From a virus (taxonomy: Duplodnaviria; Caudoviricetes), in the IMG/VR virus record IMGVR_UViG_3300044630_000989, positions 1-48,197 of that record: a stretch of 48,197 nt of DNA. One strand, written 5' to 3'. Positions 1 to 9,170 of this stretch are shown here, piece by piece (the stretch's first letter is position 1; the number at the start of each line of letters is the position of its first letter). A program made the position numbers and the translations under genes. The notes beneath the pieces were generated by a model, which saw only the letters and a program-made list of their open reading frames with translations, did no database searches and was not told the origin of the DNA.

Positions 1-1598
1 ATATTGTTTTGTAATTGAGCGATTGTGTTTTTTATCGTAATAACAGTATTTGCTGCCTCGGCATAATTTAACTTCGCTGTTGCTGCTATTGCCGTCAAAT
101 TAGCAATGGTTTGAGCATTTGTCATTTTTGCGTGAATAGCAGTCATAATGGCTGAGACTTTTGTAACCGCCAACTGAGCCAACATAACAGCCTTGTAACC
201 AATATAGGAGGCTACAAGTACGCCTATAACATATTTAATGCCGTTGAGAATTCCTCTGTGTGAACTCAGGAAGTTATTGGCACCCTGGATGATTGTTGCC
301 AGCCCACCGATAGCCTTAGCCAAGATCGCTACGCCGTATCCAGCGGCGGTTGCCAATGCTTTTCCAACTGAGACAACAATACCAACTAGGGGCGAAAGGG
401 CAACAAATAATCTATTTACCGCATCCTTGACTTGATTTGATGTTAAGTACAAAGTGGTAAGACCAATAACGACAATACCTATAGGACCAGCCAACATTCC
501 AAGGACTGAGCCTAGAACTGGGATTGAAGCAAATACGCGAGCGCCAGCAAAAGTGGCGAACATAGCCAAAAGCGCTGCAAGAGGTGGGAGGACAAATTCA
601 ATCTTTGTAGCAAGATTCTTAACGGCATCTCCTACTGGGTCAAAGTTAGATTTCAACTCACCAGCGGCATCAGTTACCTTAGTCATTCCCTCAAGCATTG
701 TTTTCATGTACTTCAAAAATGCAACAATCGGGGCAGTAAATTTAATAACTACTTGCTTGACTGCTTCAATAGCAATCCTAAATGCAACGCTATTTTCAAG
801 AGCCTTTGCAAATTGTTTTGTGAGTTCGTAAAGGTGGAAGATTACTGGTCCGATGCCCTTGAGAAGCATATTTCCCATAGACACTTGTATTTCATTAGAC
901 ATACGAGCAAAAGAACGGAGAACTTTTCCAGGACTCTGCATGGCAGCCTCATAAGCGCCAGCAACATTTTTTGCTTCTTCAAGCGCTCCCGTAAGAACAG
1001 CCTGTTGCTTTTCTTGATAAGTAAGCGCCGCTGCGGATTTTCCAAGTGTTTTGGCATAAGCCTCGTACATTTGACCAGCAGATTTTTGAATACCAACTGA
1101 TTTGAGAACTTCGCTTCGACCCGTAATAACGGCGTGTGTGAGCATATCGTAAGTCTCAGATGAGTTCTTTGCTCCCACGATAGCGAAGTCTTGAGCGGCT
1201 TTTGCAAGCAGAGCAGCCTTACTCATATCTAAATGATTTTGCGCGAACTTAATAGCGGTCTTAGATGCAATTTCCATCTCAATACCCTCGGCTTTAATAG
1301 CAAGGGCTGTATCTTTAATCGCTTGATAACCGAGTCCTGTAGATTTACCGATAGCATCCATCGCATAATCGAGTTCCTCGATACGAGCAGCAGCCAAAAA
1401 TGATTTTGTACCCATCGCAATAAGCGCAGTAGTGAGTGCTGCGGAAGCAACGCCGATTCCGACCATTGCTCCGCGCAGACTGTCACTCTTTTGGGTGAAC
1501 TGATCTACTGAAGCGGATGCTTGTTGCATCCCCTTGGTGAACTGTGCAGTTTCAGCGGTTAGCCGAGCGCGAACTTCCATGGTTGGACTTTCTGCCAT
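1..1598 (-). CDS. Tape measure protein (5' part; runs off the window edge)
   Basis: ATG at 1598 reads MAESPTMEVRARLTAETAQFTKGMQQA..., an Ala-rich helical N-terminus, directly after the tail assembly chaperones. Absent from the ORF track, consistent with no stop codon inside the window. Confidence 0.9.
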   Translation of the reverse strand, partial: MAESPTMEVRARLTAETAQFTKGMQQASASVDQFTQKSDSLRGAMVGIGVASAALTTALIAMGTKSFLAAARIEELDYAMDAIGKSTGLGYQAIKDTALAIKAEGIEMEIASKTAIKFAQNHLDMSKAALLAKAAQDFAIVGAKNSSETYDMLTHAVITGRSEVLKSVGIQKSAGQMYEAYAKTLGKSAAALTYQEKQQAVLTGALEEAKNVAGAYEAAMQSPGKVLRSFARMSNEIQVSMGNMLLKGIGPVIFHLYELTKQFAKALENSVAFRIAIEAVKQVVIKFTAPIVAFLKYMKTMLEGMTKVTDAAGELKSNFDPVGDAVKNLATKIEFVLPPLAALLAMFATFAGARVFASIPVLGSVLGMLAGPIGIVVIGLTTLYLTSNQVKDAVNRLFVALSPLVGIVVSVGKALATAAGYGVAILAKAIGGLATIIQGANNFLSSHRGILNGIKYVIGVLVASYIGYKAVMLAQLAVTKVSAIMTAIHAKMTNAQTIANLTAIAATAKLNYAEAANTVITIKNTIAQLQNN

Positions 1599-1792
1599 TA
1601 TCGCCTCGCTTTCGCTCTACGCTCTGCCTTCTCTTGCTCTTTTGCTTTGAGAGTCCACAACGCAGTCCACTCAGTTAATTCCATGCTAGTCAGGGGGCGG
1701 TGTGCTGGACTCCCGTGAAGAAGTTCAGCCACCGTCCGACCTAATTTTTCTGCTATCTCAAAAAGGACTCTACGCTCAGGATTCTTTAGGAA
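1598..1792 (-). CDS. Tail assembly chaperone, frameshifted (T-like) C-terminal segment
   Basis: Open frame FLKNPERRVLFEIAEKLGRTVAELLHG...MELTEWTALWTLKAKEQEKAERRAKARR* ends in a TAA overlapping the tape measure ATG. It has no good RBS or start and is in the +1 frame relative to 1776..2135. Confidence 0.75.
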   Translation of the reverse strand, partial: FLKNPERRVLFEIAEKLGRTVAELLHGSPAHRPLTSMELTEWTALWTLKAKEQEKAERRAKARR

Positions 1793-2135
1793 ATCGCGCC
1801 TGTGCTTCGTCTACCGCCTTGTCAGTCAGACCAGATGAACCGAGAGCCTTAGTTGCAAGGCGCTCAATTACGGCACCATTCTTAGAAAGAATGGCTTCCT
1901 TATCTTGATCTGTAAAGACTGGTAGACCTGTCGCTGGGTCATAAACAGTTGCAATAACTGTCAATGCGTACATCTTGGCAACATCTGTCTTTTCACCATT
2001 TGATGCACCTTCGCCCAGTTTGGCGCGTTCTGCCGCTGTCATTGAGCGAACTTCTACGCTCACTCCCCACTCGGGAACTTCTACAAGTTCCTTTGTGATG
2101 TCATCGGCACTAAAGATTGTTTCTTTGAGACTCAT
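1776..2135 (-). CDS. Tail assembly chaperone (G-like)
   Basis: 119 aa with VEVPEWGVSVEVRSMTAAER motif; lies between tail tube and tape measure genes. Confidence 0.85.
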   Translation of the reverse strand: MSLKETIFSADDITKELVEVPEWGVSVEVRSMTAAERAKLGEGASNGEKTDVAKMYALTVIATVYDPATGLPVFTDQDKEAILSKNGAVIERLATKALGSSGLTDKAVDEAQARFPKES

Positions 2136-2192
2136 TTATTTCTCCTTGGACACTAGGTTGGTCACGACTTATTAAGTTGTATTGTTATGAAA

Positions 2193-2609
2193 TTATGCGA
2201 AAGTACCGCGTGTTACGGCACCTGTTACCTGGAACTCTGCTGAGTATGTCACGACATCGCCAACAGCACCAGACTTCTCGTAAGAAGTCATAAGGCACTC
2301 GCCTGTGTACTTGACCTGACCAGCAGTTGTGCCTTCTGGACCGTACTCAAATGAAAGTGTTGCAGCCTGACCGAGAACTCCTGCTAGGTGAGCATCAACT
2401 GTTGCATCAAAGTTTCCTGAGATTGACAGGCTGGAATCTGAAAGACCGACAATGTAGGACTTCGCAGAACTTCCGAAACTTGTAGTCTCGGCAGTCTCGA
2501 TTGTCTGAGGGAATGAAACATCTGTGAGTGTGTTTGAAATATCGGTAAGTGAGCCACCTGCGTTGTCTACCTTGAATGAGGTGGATTTACCATGACGAAA
2601 TGTAGGCAT
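2193..2609 (-). CDS. Major tail (tube) protein
   Basis: 138 aa with ETAETTSFG...YIVGLSD..LSISG and GDVVTYSAEFQVTG, typical of siphovirus tail tube proteins; synteny. Confidence 0.85.
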   Translation of the reverse strand: MPTFRHGKSTSFKVDNAGGSLTDISNTLTDVSFPQTIETAETTSFGSSAKSYIVGLSDSSLSISGNFDATVDAHLAGVLGQAATLSFEYGPEGTTAGQVKYTGECLMTSYEKSGAVGDVVTYSAEFQVTGAVTRGTFA

Positions 2610-2612
2610 TTA

Positions 2613-3344
2613 TTATCTCCTTGAAAAAGCCACGATTGGGGTGGCGGTACCTGTGGAACCTGCAACCGTGTAGTTCACGCGCAGGTATCTTGCTACTGAT
2701 GTTCCAGCCGCAACCTCAACCCGATAAGATATTTTTTGGGCTGATGTAACTGCGGTGAAAGTCACCAAGTCTGTAAAGGTTGAGTTGTCGGCTGACTGCT
2801 GAACCTTTACGGTGATATTTCCGTTTCGGGTATTAGTCGGAACGGAAAGATGTGCGACTCCACCATTGGTGGATGCTGCGGCATTGTCCACGCTTGTTCC
2901 GCTTCCAGTTGCGCTAACGGCTGCACCAGAGGACAAGATGACCCCATGGTCTACACCATTATTTGACTGGAACTCGGCACTTGCCTGGACAACATCTGCG
3001 ATTGCTCCTGATACCTCGTATGAAGTGGCATCGGACTCAAGCATTACGGCGCGAGCGCCGTTAGAATGACCTTCGGTTGCAACAATAACTTTTTCCTTCG
3101 TTGCCCCACCAAGAACTGTTGCAAAATAAGCATCGGTGCCAACACTTGCTGTGGCTTCGAACATACCTGAAAGAGATACGGTTCCATCTTTTAGACCAGG
3201 AATGTATTCCTTGGCGCTTGAGCCGAATGTACTTGTCTCGGCTGTCTCAACCATTGTTGATGCGCTTACATCATTAAAATAAGATGAGAAATCGAACTCA
3301 TCTACGAAGATTTGAACATTTTTACCGTGACGGAAAGTAGGCAT
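2613..3344 (-). CDS. Tail tube paralog with C-terminal beta-rich extension
   Basis: Shares the MPTFRHGK start and the ETAETSTFGSSAK-YI-GL-D and SAEFQ motifs with 2193..2609, plus about 110 extra residues. Confidence 0.75.
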   Translation of the reverse strand: MPTFRHGKNVQIFVDEFDFSSYFNDVSASTMVETAETSTFGSSAKEYIPGLKDGTVSLSGMFEATASVGTDAYFATVLGGATKEKVIVATEGHSNGARAVMLESDATSYEVSGAIADVVQASAEFQSNNGVDHGVILSSGAAVSATGSGTSVDNAAASTNGGVAHLSVPTNTRNGNITVKVQQSADNSTFTDLVTFTAVTSAQKISYRVEVAAGTSVARYLRVNYTVAGSTGTATPIVAFSRR

Positions 3345-3655
3345 TATTTCTCCTCGACTGGGCGCTGGTGGATTGTTCCATCTTGAAGGAACCCGTCTCC
3401 ATCGCCATCTTCGGCATCTGGGTTAAAGGCGACTTCTTCTTGATCAGCCTCAACTGGAGCCTCGACTGCTGGCTCAACAATTACTTCAGGCTTTGTTTCT
3501 TCAACTGTTTTTGCTGGCTTAGAGGAATCCTCAATAGCGCCAGACTCAAGTAGCCACTTGACTGATGTGGCTGGCAAATCTTCTACGACATCGCCAATTT
3601 CGGCGCGTTTGTTTGGTGGGTAATCAATCCCCTGAAGTACACGGTACTTAGCCAT
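3344..3655 (-). CDS. Hypothetical virion-associated protein with a DGDGDG Ca-binding-like motif
   Basis: Strong RBS (AAGGAGG); C-terminal DAEDGDGDGFLQDGT. Confidence 0.6.
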   Translation of the reverse strand: MAKYRVLQGIDYPPNKRAEIGDVVEDLPATSVKWLLESGAIEDSSKPAKTVEETKPEVIVEPAVEAPVEADQEEVAFNPDAEDGDGDGFLQDGTIHQRPVEEK

Positions 3656-3787
3656 CTATTCCTCCTTGACGGCGCATGGGTAGCCCAAGTACACCGTCTA
3701 AGGTCACATGGACACGGAGGTAAGACGACTAACTGGGGCGACTAGCGCACATTGGTTAAAGTGTATCGCATCGCTATTTTGTGCAAT

Positions 3788-3830
3788 GAGAAAGCCCCTC
3801 GGCGCTTCCCCGTCACCAAAGGGCTTTCTC
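3788..3830. terminator. Hairpin, possible terminator
   Basis: Inverted repeat gagaaagccc (3788-3797) / gggctttctc (3821-3830) downstream of the DUF6378-like gene. Confidence 0.45.
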
Positions 3831-3843
3831 AAATCTGAACATA

Positions 3844-4128
3844 TCACGAACTCTCTCGGCGAGCGCGTTCCTCTCGAATCATGGCGAGTGTTAAAAAATA
3901 TCCGATGCCGTCTACGACTGTATCGGGTTTTGTAATGTGTGCTTCTCTAGCGATCTTAACTCCGACCATGCAAAGACTTACCTGCTCGGCTGTGACCTCT
4001 ATACCCAGGATTGCAGACCATATCTGAGCCGCCCTAGTAAAGTTATCTAAAGGATGCCCGTAAGCCTCCTGTCGGTCTCCAGAGACGAGTTCAGCCGCAT
4101 ACATGGCTAAGTCTCTTGGGTCATTCAT
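3844..4128 (-). CDS. DUF6378-like phage protein
   Basis: GDRQEAYGHPLDNFTRAAQIWSAIL...KIAR...DGIGY motif. Start moved to ATG 4128, which overlaps the upstream stop (ATGA). Confidence 0.75.
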   Translation of the reverse strand: MNDPRDLAMYAAELVSGDRQEAYGHPLDNFTRAAQIWSAILGIEVTAEQVSLCMVGVKIAREAHITKPDTVVDGIGYFLTLAMIREERARRESS

Positions 4129-5324
4129 TGAAGTAGTTGGAGGTCTGTTATCCCCCGCTCCGACACAACAAATGTCAGAACTCCCACATCCGCAGTTTCC
4201 CCCGTTGATTGACTCCACCATACGCTTCCCCCGTCTAATGCTGGAGCCTGGAGCCATTTGACTCCACCCCAATCTGCCATCTTGAGCGAATGATAGTGAC
4301 CAGTCACCAAAATATCGCAGTCACCGATTTTATTACGCCCGAGTGTCTGATCAGCAATCCAACGGCGCAACTTGGCTTCAACTCCAGCCCCAGCGCGAGC
4401 CAGGTGACCGTGAGTAATTCCGATGATTTTTGTTCCCGCTTCAACTGTCAGCGATAGGGCATCTGTTGGAATGGCGAACTTGATATGTCCGTATGCCTCT
4501 GGGTTCGCCGCAAAGATTTCAGCAATGGACTCAACAAGGGCTACATCGTCATTGTCGTTAAGGGTAGTAAAGGCTTTTCCGTTTTTACGGTTCTCGCCAT
4601 GGTTTCCACCAATCGCGGCAACTGTGATTTCTGGAGCCAACTTGGACCAGCGGATAAGGGCATCTCGTAGAAGGCGGCGAGCAATCTTTACCTGATCTCG
4701 CCTATCAACTTCCACCGTAAAAGTTTGGATGTCATAATGTCCATCACAACCTTCAACTAAATCACCGAGACAAAGGACAGTTATGGATTCGATAGGTCTA
4801 CCCATCTTTTTCAACTCTTTGTATCGGGCTTCAACATCATCAATGGCTTGGAGCCAGCGACCAACTAAACCTTTAAGTCCATCTCCATCTTTCTTTCCTA
4901 CCTGCCAATCCGCTGCAACTACAACAAGACTAGCCGCGCCTTCAATAAGTGGCTTTCTTTCTCTGGGCTTATGCTTTCGTATCTCTTGAATCAGATGGTC
5001 TATATCGGCGCGTTCTTTAGCCCCTTTACGAACGACTCTGCCTTTCCATTGGCGGTTCAACGCACCCTCGGTGTTTCCCCATACATTGAAAAGGACAGGC
5101 TCAACAACAGCGAAGTTCTCGGGGTCCAGACCCCAGATACGAAGAACTCCTGACCAATCTGGGTGAGTGTCACCTTCCATTGCTTCAGTAGTAACTACGC
5201 CTTCATTGCCATCCCACGAAACTCCAGGAGTCCATTCGGCGCTTCTTTTGCGCGACTCCATAGGTTGAGTCGTGTTGTTCTCTGAAGTCTTTAATAAGTT
5301 TTCAATAGCATCGTCTAAATTCAT
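4125..5324 (-). CDS. Calcineurin-like metallophosphoesterase (Mre11-like, actinophage type)
   Basis: Motifs DWQVG, GDLVEG, GNHGE, THGH and GHYH in the canonical order. Confidence 0.85.
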   Translation of the reverse strand: MNLDDAIENLLKTSENNTTQPMESRKRSAEWTPGVSWDGNEGVVTTEAMEGDTHPDWSGVLRIWGLDPENFAVVEPVLFNVWGNTEGALNRQWKGRVVRKGAKERADIDHLIQEIRKHKPRERKPLIEGAASLVVVAADWQVGKKDGDGLKGLVGRWLQAIDDVEARYKELKKMGRPIESITVLCLGDLVEGCDGHYDIQTFTVEVDRRDQVKIARRLLRDALIRWSKLAPEITVAAIGGNHGENRKNGKAFTTLNDNDDVALVESIAEIFAANPEAYGHIKFAIPTDALSLTVEAGTKIIGITHGHLARAGAGVEAKLRRWIADQTLGRNKIGDCDILVTGHYHSLKMADWGGVKWLQAPALDGGSVWWSQSTGETADVGVLTFVVSERGITDLQLLQ

Positions 5325-5701
5325 TTATGACACTTACATCCATCTAAGCCTTGCATCCTGCGGCGATGGCGGCGAACAACATTTGAACTCATCTCGAATC
5401 CGTAATCTGCAAGAACTTTAGTAATTGCCGTTCCCTCTACAGATGTATTCAAAAGAGCCTCGGCAAGTTTTTTTGAAAAAGCCTCGGGCAACTCACGAAG
5501 TAATTTACCCATAGCACACTCTCCACCAGGCAAGGTTTTCATGCCGTAGAGGGAGTCTAACTTAGAGGTGAACTCATCCAGACTTATTCTTTGACTTACA
5601 TCTTGGGCATCGGATACTCCACGGGCGCGTTGCCGACTCAAAGAGGAGTCTGTCGCATTTCCAGCACCTTTGGAACTCGTCTGTCGTTGCGTTTCTGCCA
5701 T
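5321..5701 (-). CDS. Hypothetical protein (possible HTH; start uncertain)
   Basis: C-terminal AITKVLADYGFEMSSNVVRRHRRR...CKC; stop overlaps the next gene's start. Confidence 0.5.
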   Translation of the reverse strand: MAETQRQTSSKGAGNATDSSLSRQRARGVSDAQDVSQRISLDEFTSKLDSLYGMKTLPGGECAMGKLLRELPEAFSKKLAEALLNTSVEGTAITKVLADYGFEMSSNVVRRHRRRMQGLDGCKCHK

Positions 5702-5762
5702 AAGGGTCTACCACTCTCTCCTGGGGAGCCAATGGCTCCGTGGTTATTTCCTCACTAGACAT
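5574..5762 (-). CDS. Com-like zinc-ribbon protein
   Basis: RCWKCDRLL...IRCPRCKSKN has the CxxC...CPRC spacing of the Mu Com family. Confidence 0.6.
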   Translation of the reverse strand: MSSEEITTEPLAPQERVVDPYGRNATTDEFQRCWKCDRLLFESATRPWSIRCPRCKSKNKSG

Positions 5763-6169
5763 CGGAAATTTACCGATAGTAGTGGTCGCTGCTTTGGGTC
5801 TATCCCCAATGGATTAACACTACCCATTGGCTCCATACGCAAAACCGTGACACCAGAAATTGTGACATCAGTTATGGATGCAAGCAAGTTTCGAATCGCA
5901 TCGATTTTGTCTCGCGCTGTTGGGTAATCATCTTTGCCAGCGCGACAGATAATCTGAATCATTGGGTAGTCAATAACAATTCCACCTGTACCCATAGTGA
6001 AGGCTGGAGGTGAACCAGCGTTCTCATAGACGGCTGTGCAGACATCTGGAGACTCTGGCAATGTGGCTAAAAATATGGAAGTTCCAAGGGTGCCTTGAGA
6101 AGTATGAGCGCCGAAAGCGCTTGAAGTATTCTGTAGGTAGTCACCTATAGATTCAAGAATTGTTGGCAT
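5744..6169 (-). CDS. Tail terminator / neck protein
   Basis: 141 aa with P.IQIICR and LG.D...RP..SVNF motifs; synteny. Confidence 0.75.
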   Translation of the reverse strand: MPTILESIGDYLQNTSSAFGAHTSQGTLGTSIFLATLPESPDVCTAVYENAGSPPAFTMGTGGIVIDYPMIQIICRAGKDDYPTARDKIDAIRNLLASITDVTISGVTVLRMEPMGSVNPLGIDPKQRPLLSVNFRCLVRK

Positions 6170-6576
6170 CAGACTGCTCCGTTCTTTCTCATAAGGTCTA
6201 TTATTCTACGCGCCATGTTTTTCTGGATTTCTGGCAATCTCTCCATAAATGGCTGTTCAAGGAACTTCGCCTGAGTTGGAGAATTGTGATAATTGCCCAA
6301 TATCTCATGGACATAAAGTGCGTATGGGGCTGCTGGACCACCGAAGAAAATATCAACTCCGATGCCTTGAGGGGTATTCATAGGGGCAGATACGCCTCCA
6401 GAACCACGCAAAGCGCCCGTATCAATAGGGGTTAAGATCATCGCCTTAGCAAAAATCATGTTGGCTTCTTCGAGGATTACTTGACCAACAATTAGACCTG
6501 CATCTTTGCCTGATACCTCAAGCATTTTACGCAACTCTTGAGCGCCTTCTATTTCAAAGGTAAAGGTCTGCGCCAT
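6169..6576 (-). CDS. HK97 gp10-like tail completion / neck protein
   Basis: PIDTGALRGS, YALYVHE and AKFLEQP motifs. Confidence 0.8.
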   Translation of the reverse strand: MAQTFTFEIEGAQELRKMLEVSGKDAGLIVGQVILEEANMIFAKAMILTPIDTGALRGSGGVSAPMNTPQGIGVDIFFGGPAAPYALYVHEILGNYHNSPTQAKFLEQPFMERLPEIQKNMARRIIDLMRKNGAV

Positions 6577-6578
6577 GG

Positions 6579-6911
6579 TTATCTACCAAAGCGTATTACG
6601 GTGTGATGCGCTCCATTTTCATCCGCGATATTGTCTACTGCGTTGATCGTAAAGGTATCTGAGCCGACAACCATTCTGTGTCCAACTGTGATGGTTGTCC
6701 GTGGACCATTGGTGATAAAGCGACCAATATCAACAACTTCAACTCCCTGAATATCGCGTGAGCGAACTGTGTCGTAGATCAGACGACCAGTAGCAGTAAC
6801 AACTGCTCCACCGAAAGTAGCCTTGTTATATTTATCAACTGCGCTTTGAGCCGTGAATACCACGGTATCGGTCATAAATTCTGCAACTTTTGAGTAGATA
6901 GCATCTGCCAT
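6579..6911 (-). CDS. Head closure (head-tail stopper) protein
   Basis: 110 aa, beta-rich, positioned between the adaptor and the gp10-like gene. Confidence 0.65.
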   Translation of the reverse strand: MADAIYSKVAEFMTDTVVFTAQSAVDKYNKATFGGAVVTATGRLIYDTVRSRDIQGVEVVDIGRFITNGPRTTITVGHRMVVGSDTFTINAVDNIADENGAHHTVIRFGR

Positions 6912-6921
6912 GGCTATCTCC

Positions 6922-7368
6922 CTACTCTACGATGCGTGTTTCGTAGAAAGAGTTTGGATTATCCATCTGACCAACTACGAAATCTGTATTGTAATCGGTA
7001 GTTGTCTTATCATCTGTGGACTTCAAAGCATCAGTATTTGCCCACATCGTAGGAGGAGCCTTACGCAATTTTCTTGCTAAGAAAGAATTAGCAAGGTCTT
7101 GATACTGCTTGCTCTTTGCTGAGTAAGACTCGGATACGGAAATATCGCCAACACTCTTTGAGGTGCTATCGGCTAAACGGGTAAAGCGTGAAACTAGAAC
7201 TTCGCAAGAGGCGCGACAGATTTCATAAACATTTGTTCCCCACTCAGTAATAAGATAATCCAACTCCTCATCGCTAAATAAGACATCAGTTGATGTGGTG
7301 TCATTGAGAAGAAAACGCACCTTGTTACGGGTGCTTGTAGTTGGGTCTCCAGAGTAGGTGAAAGTCAT
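6922..7368 (-). CDS. Head-tail adaptor protein
   Basis: FTYSGDP...KVRFLLND...FSDEELDYL...SVGDISVS motif. Confidence 0.75.
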   Translation of the reverse strand: MTFTYSGDPTTSTRNKVRFLLNDTTSTDVLFSDEELDYLITEWGTNVYEICRASCEVLVSRFTRLADSTSKSVGDISVSESYSAKSKQYQDLANSFLARKLRKAPPTMWANTDALKSTDDKTTTDYNTDFVVGQMDNPNSFYETRIVE

Positions 7369-7580
7369 TACATTCCGCCGAGCATAAATGTAATAGTACG
7401 AACGGAATCATCGGTAGCGGAATTAGTCAAAGTTGCATAAGTAGATGCGGCAGATGCCGTAGTCAGATAGTCGTTCAACTCAGTATCTACATCGGTTGCA
7501 AGATTGAGGATGTCGGTATGAACGGCAGGATTATCACCCGCGGTTGGGTATCGTAAACCCTTAGATGTAGTACCTGGCAT
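7368..7580 (-). CDS. Small fibre/virion protein
   Basis: TTSKGLRYP...LNLATDVD resembles actinophage fibre N-termini; ends FMLGGM. Confidence 0.55.
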   Translation of the reverse strand: MPGTTSKGLRYPTAGDNPAVHTDILNLATDVDTELNDYLTTASAASTYATLTNSATDDSVRTITFMLGGM

Positions 7581-7629
7581 ATTATGACCCCAATTTTTAG
7601 TTTTATTATACCTGACTCAATTTTGGTGT

Positions 7630-8304
7630 TTAATTAAAGGTTTTCTTCTGCCAAAACATATTGCGGTAGGCACCATTAAAGTGACGGCGCATAACATTGT
7701 TCTTGTGTGTTACATCCGACTCATCATACAGGGTCACTTCGCTTTGCCAGTTTTCCCTTTTGAAAGGCATAATTTGATACATAGGCGTTCCGACAGGAAT
7801 AACTCCCGTAAAGCCTTTGCGAATATAAAAGGGAATACTCCCTACTGGGGTGTGATGAAATAAGTCGCCATCAATGATTCCAGATAAGGTTGTAAATGGC
7901 AGATCAAGTCGGTTGTGTGGCTGTGTTACTAACATGCTATACCCTGCGGGTAATTTTGCAGACCATTGCCTTCGCCAGATAAATTCGATTGGGTAATACC
8001 CATCGTCTACTGGCAGACTAGGGTTTTCCCGATAAGTGAGAATGTCGGGTCCTTCTGCGCTATCAAAAAAAACTTGATCGCCTTGCGGTTTGATATAAAT
8101 TTCTTTCCAAGTTCTTTGGATGTATCCGCTTATTGTTGCATCAAAAAAAGGCATACATTGTTTTAAGACCTTTTGACTATAGTTATCTGGGTTAAATGCA
8201 GGACTTTTTTTGTACCATTCAGGAACAAATTTTTTAGAAGCACTTGGCGGTTCAATAAGTAATTTGGTTTCTTCGCTTGATGGGCTAAAGGTTATAGTTT
8301 TCAT
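7630..8304 (-). CDS. Hypothetical protein (DUF6065-like, possible beta-clip fold)
   Basis: PEWYKK, CMPFFDA, GYSMLVTQPHNR, SGIIDGD and GTPMYQIMPFKRE motifs; translationally coupled to the sulfotransferase. Confidence 0.55.
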   Translation of the reverse strand: MKTITFSPSSEETKLLIEPPSASKKFVPEWYKKSPAFNPDNYSQKVLKQCMPFFDATISGYIQRTWKEIYIKPQGDQVFFDSAEGPDILTYRENPSLPVDDGYYPIEFIWRRQWSAKLPAGYSMLVTQPHNRLDLPFTTLSGIIDGDLFHHTPVGSIPFYIRKGFTGVIPVGTPMYQIMPFKRENWQSEVTLYDESDVTHKNNVMRRHFNGAYRNMFWQKKTFN

Positions 8305-9143
8305 TAAAAATCCTTGCCTCGCACTTTCATAAGAGAATTTTCTCTCCAGAATTCCATATTTGAGTATTTATGTTTTATGTAATCGGATAAAATATCTGTA
8401 GATGTTGATGATCTCGATATAGATTTTCTGATGTCGTGGAGATTCTTGGGTAGCCCAACAGCCATATCATTATCTGACTCTACCTTTTTTATCTTATTGA
8501 AGTCATGCTTATAGTCATTTAGCCCAAGAAACTTATAGATACCAGACATGGTTTCTTCTGGTTTTAAGACCAGATCGTTATATTCGACAATATGAAAGAT
8601 GCCTTTGTTCTCTGGGTAAAAAGCAGAGGATATAGCCAATAACGATTTATCTATCTCTCCATTTGGTCGCATGAGATATTCAACAATACTGTCTTGTGGC
8701 GAGCGGTAGTTGTTAATGAAAGCGTTTGAGTTAATTGTATTGTTTTTCAAATAATCGGCATCCATGGAGACAAAAGATGCAATAATTTCTAAAATATCAC
8801 GAACCGTAACTATTATCTTTGGTGTGGGTGTAATAAACCTTTTTATCAGATCAAGGTTAGATGGGGTACCCCAGTCTTTTTCTCTATTTATGATTATAGG
8901 TTCATCTACATCTTTGTAAAAATTTTCATGAAAGGAAGAAAGGACTTTTAACGCTCTCTTTTCATTTTCCTTATTACGATTTATTTGTTCCATAGGGTTG
9001 CAAGAATTGACATAATCCCACATCAAGGTAGGTAGTGGGCTTAATGGAGTGCTGTAAATTCTTGGGTTTTGATTTAATAGAGCAGAAAGTAAAGTATTAC
9101 CCGATCTCGGTAAACCACCTAAGAAATGTACTGTTTTCTCCAT
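8304..9143 (-). CDS. PAPS-dependent sulfotransferase
   Basis: 5'-PSB loop GLPRSGNTLL, 3'-PB VRDILEIIAS, and YNDLVLKPEETM..IYKFLG. Start moved to ATG 9143 (leaderless, TACTGT-6nt-ATG). Confidence 0.85.
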   Translation of the reverse strand: MEKTVHFLGGLPRSGNTLLSALLNQNPRIYSTPLSPLPTLMWDYVNSCNPMEQINRNKENEKRALKVLSSFHENFYKDVDEPIIINREKDWGTPSNLDLIKRFITPTPKIIVTVRDILEIIASFVSMDADYLKNNTINSNAFINNYRSPQDSIVEYLMRPNGEIDKSLLAISSAFYPENKGIFHIVEYNDLVLKPEETMSGIYKFLGLNDYKHDFNKIKKVESDNDMAVGLPKNLHDIRKSISRSSTSTDILSDYIKHKYSNMEFWRENSLMKVRGKDF

Positions 9144-9170
9144 GCGGGAACAGTACATTATTTTTTTAGA

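Noticed and set aside
238-1486. Short ORFs on both strands in the ORF track
   Set aside because: They are shadows of the tape measure gene, which runs off the window edge.
4129-4272. N-terminal extension of the DUF6378-like ORF
   Set aside because: Overlaps the phosphoesterase in another frame; the ATGA-coupled start at 4128 is more plausible.
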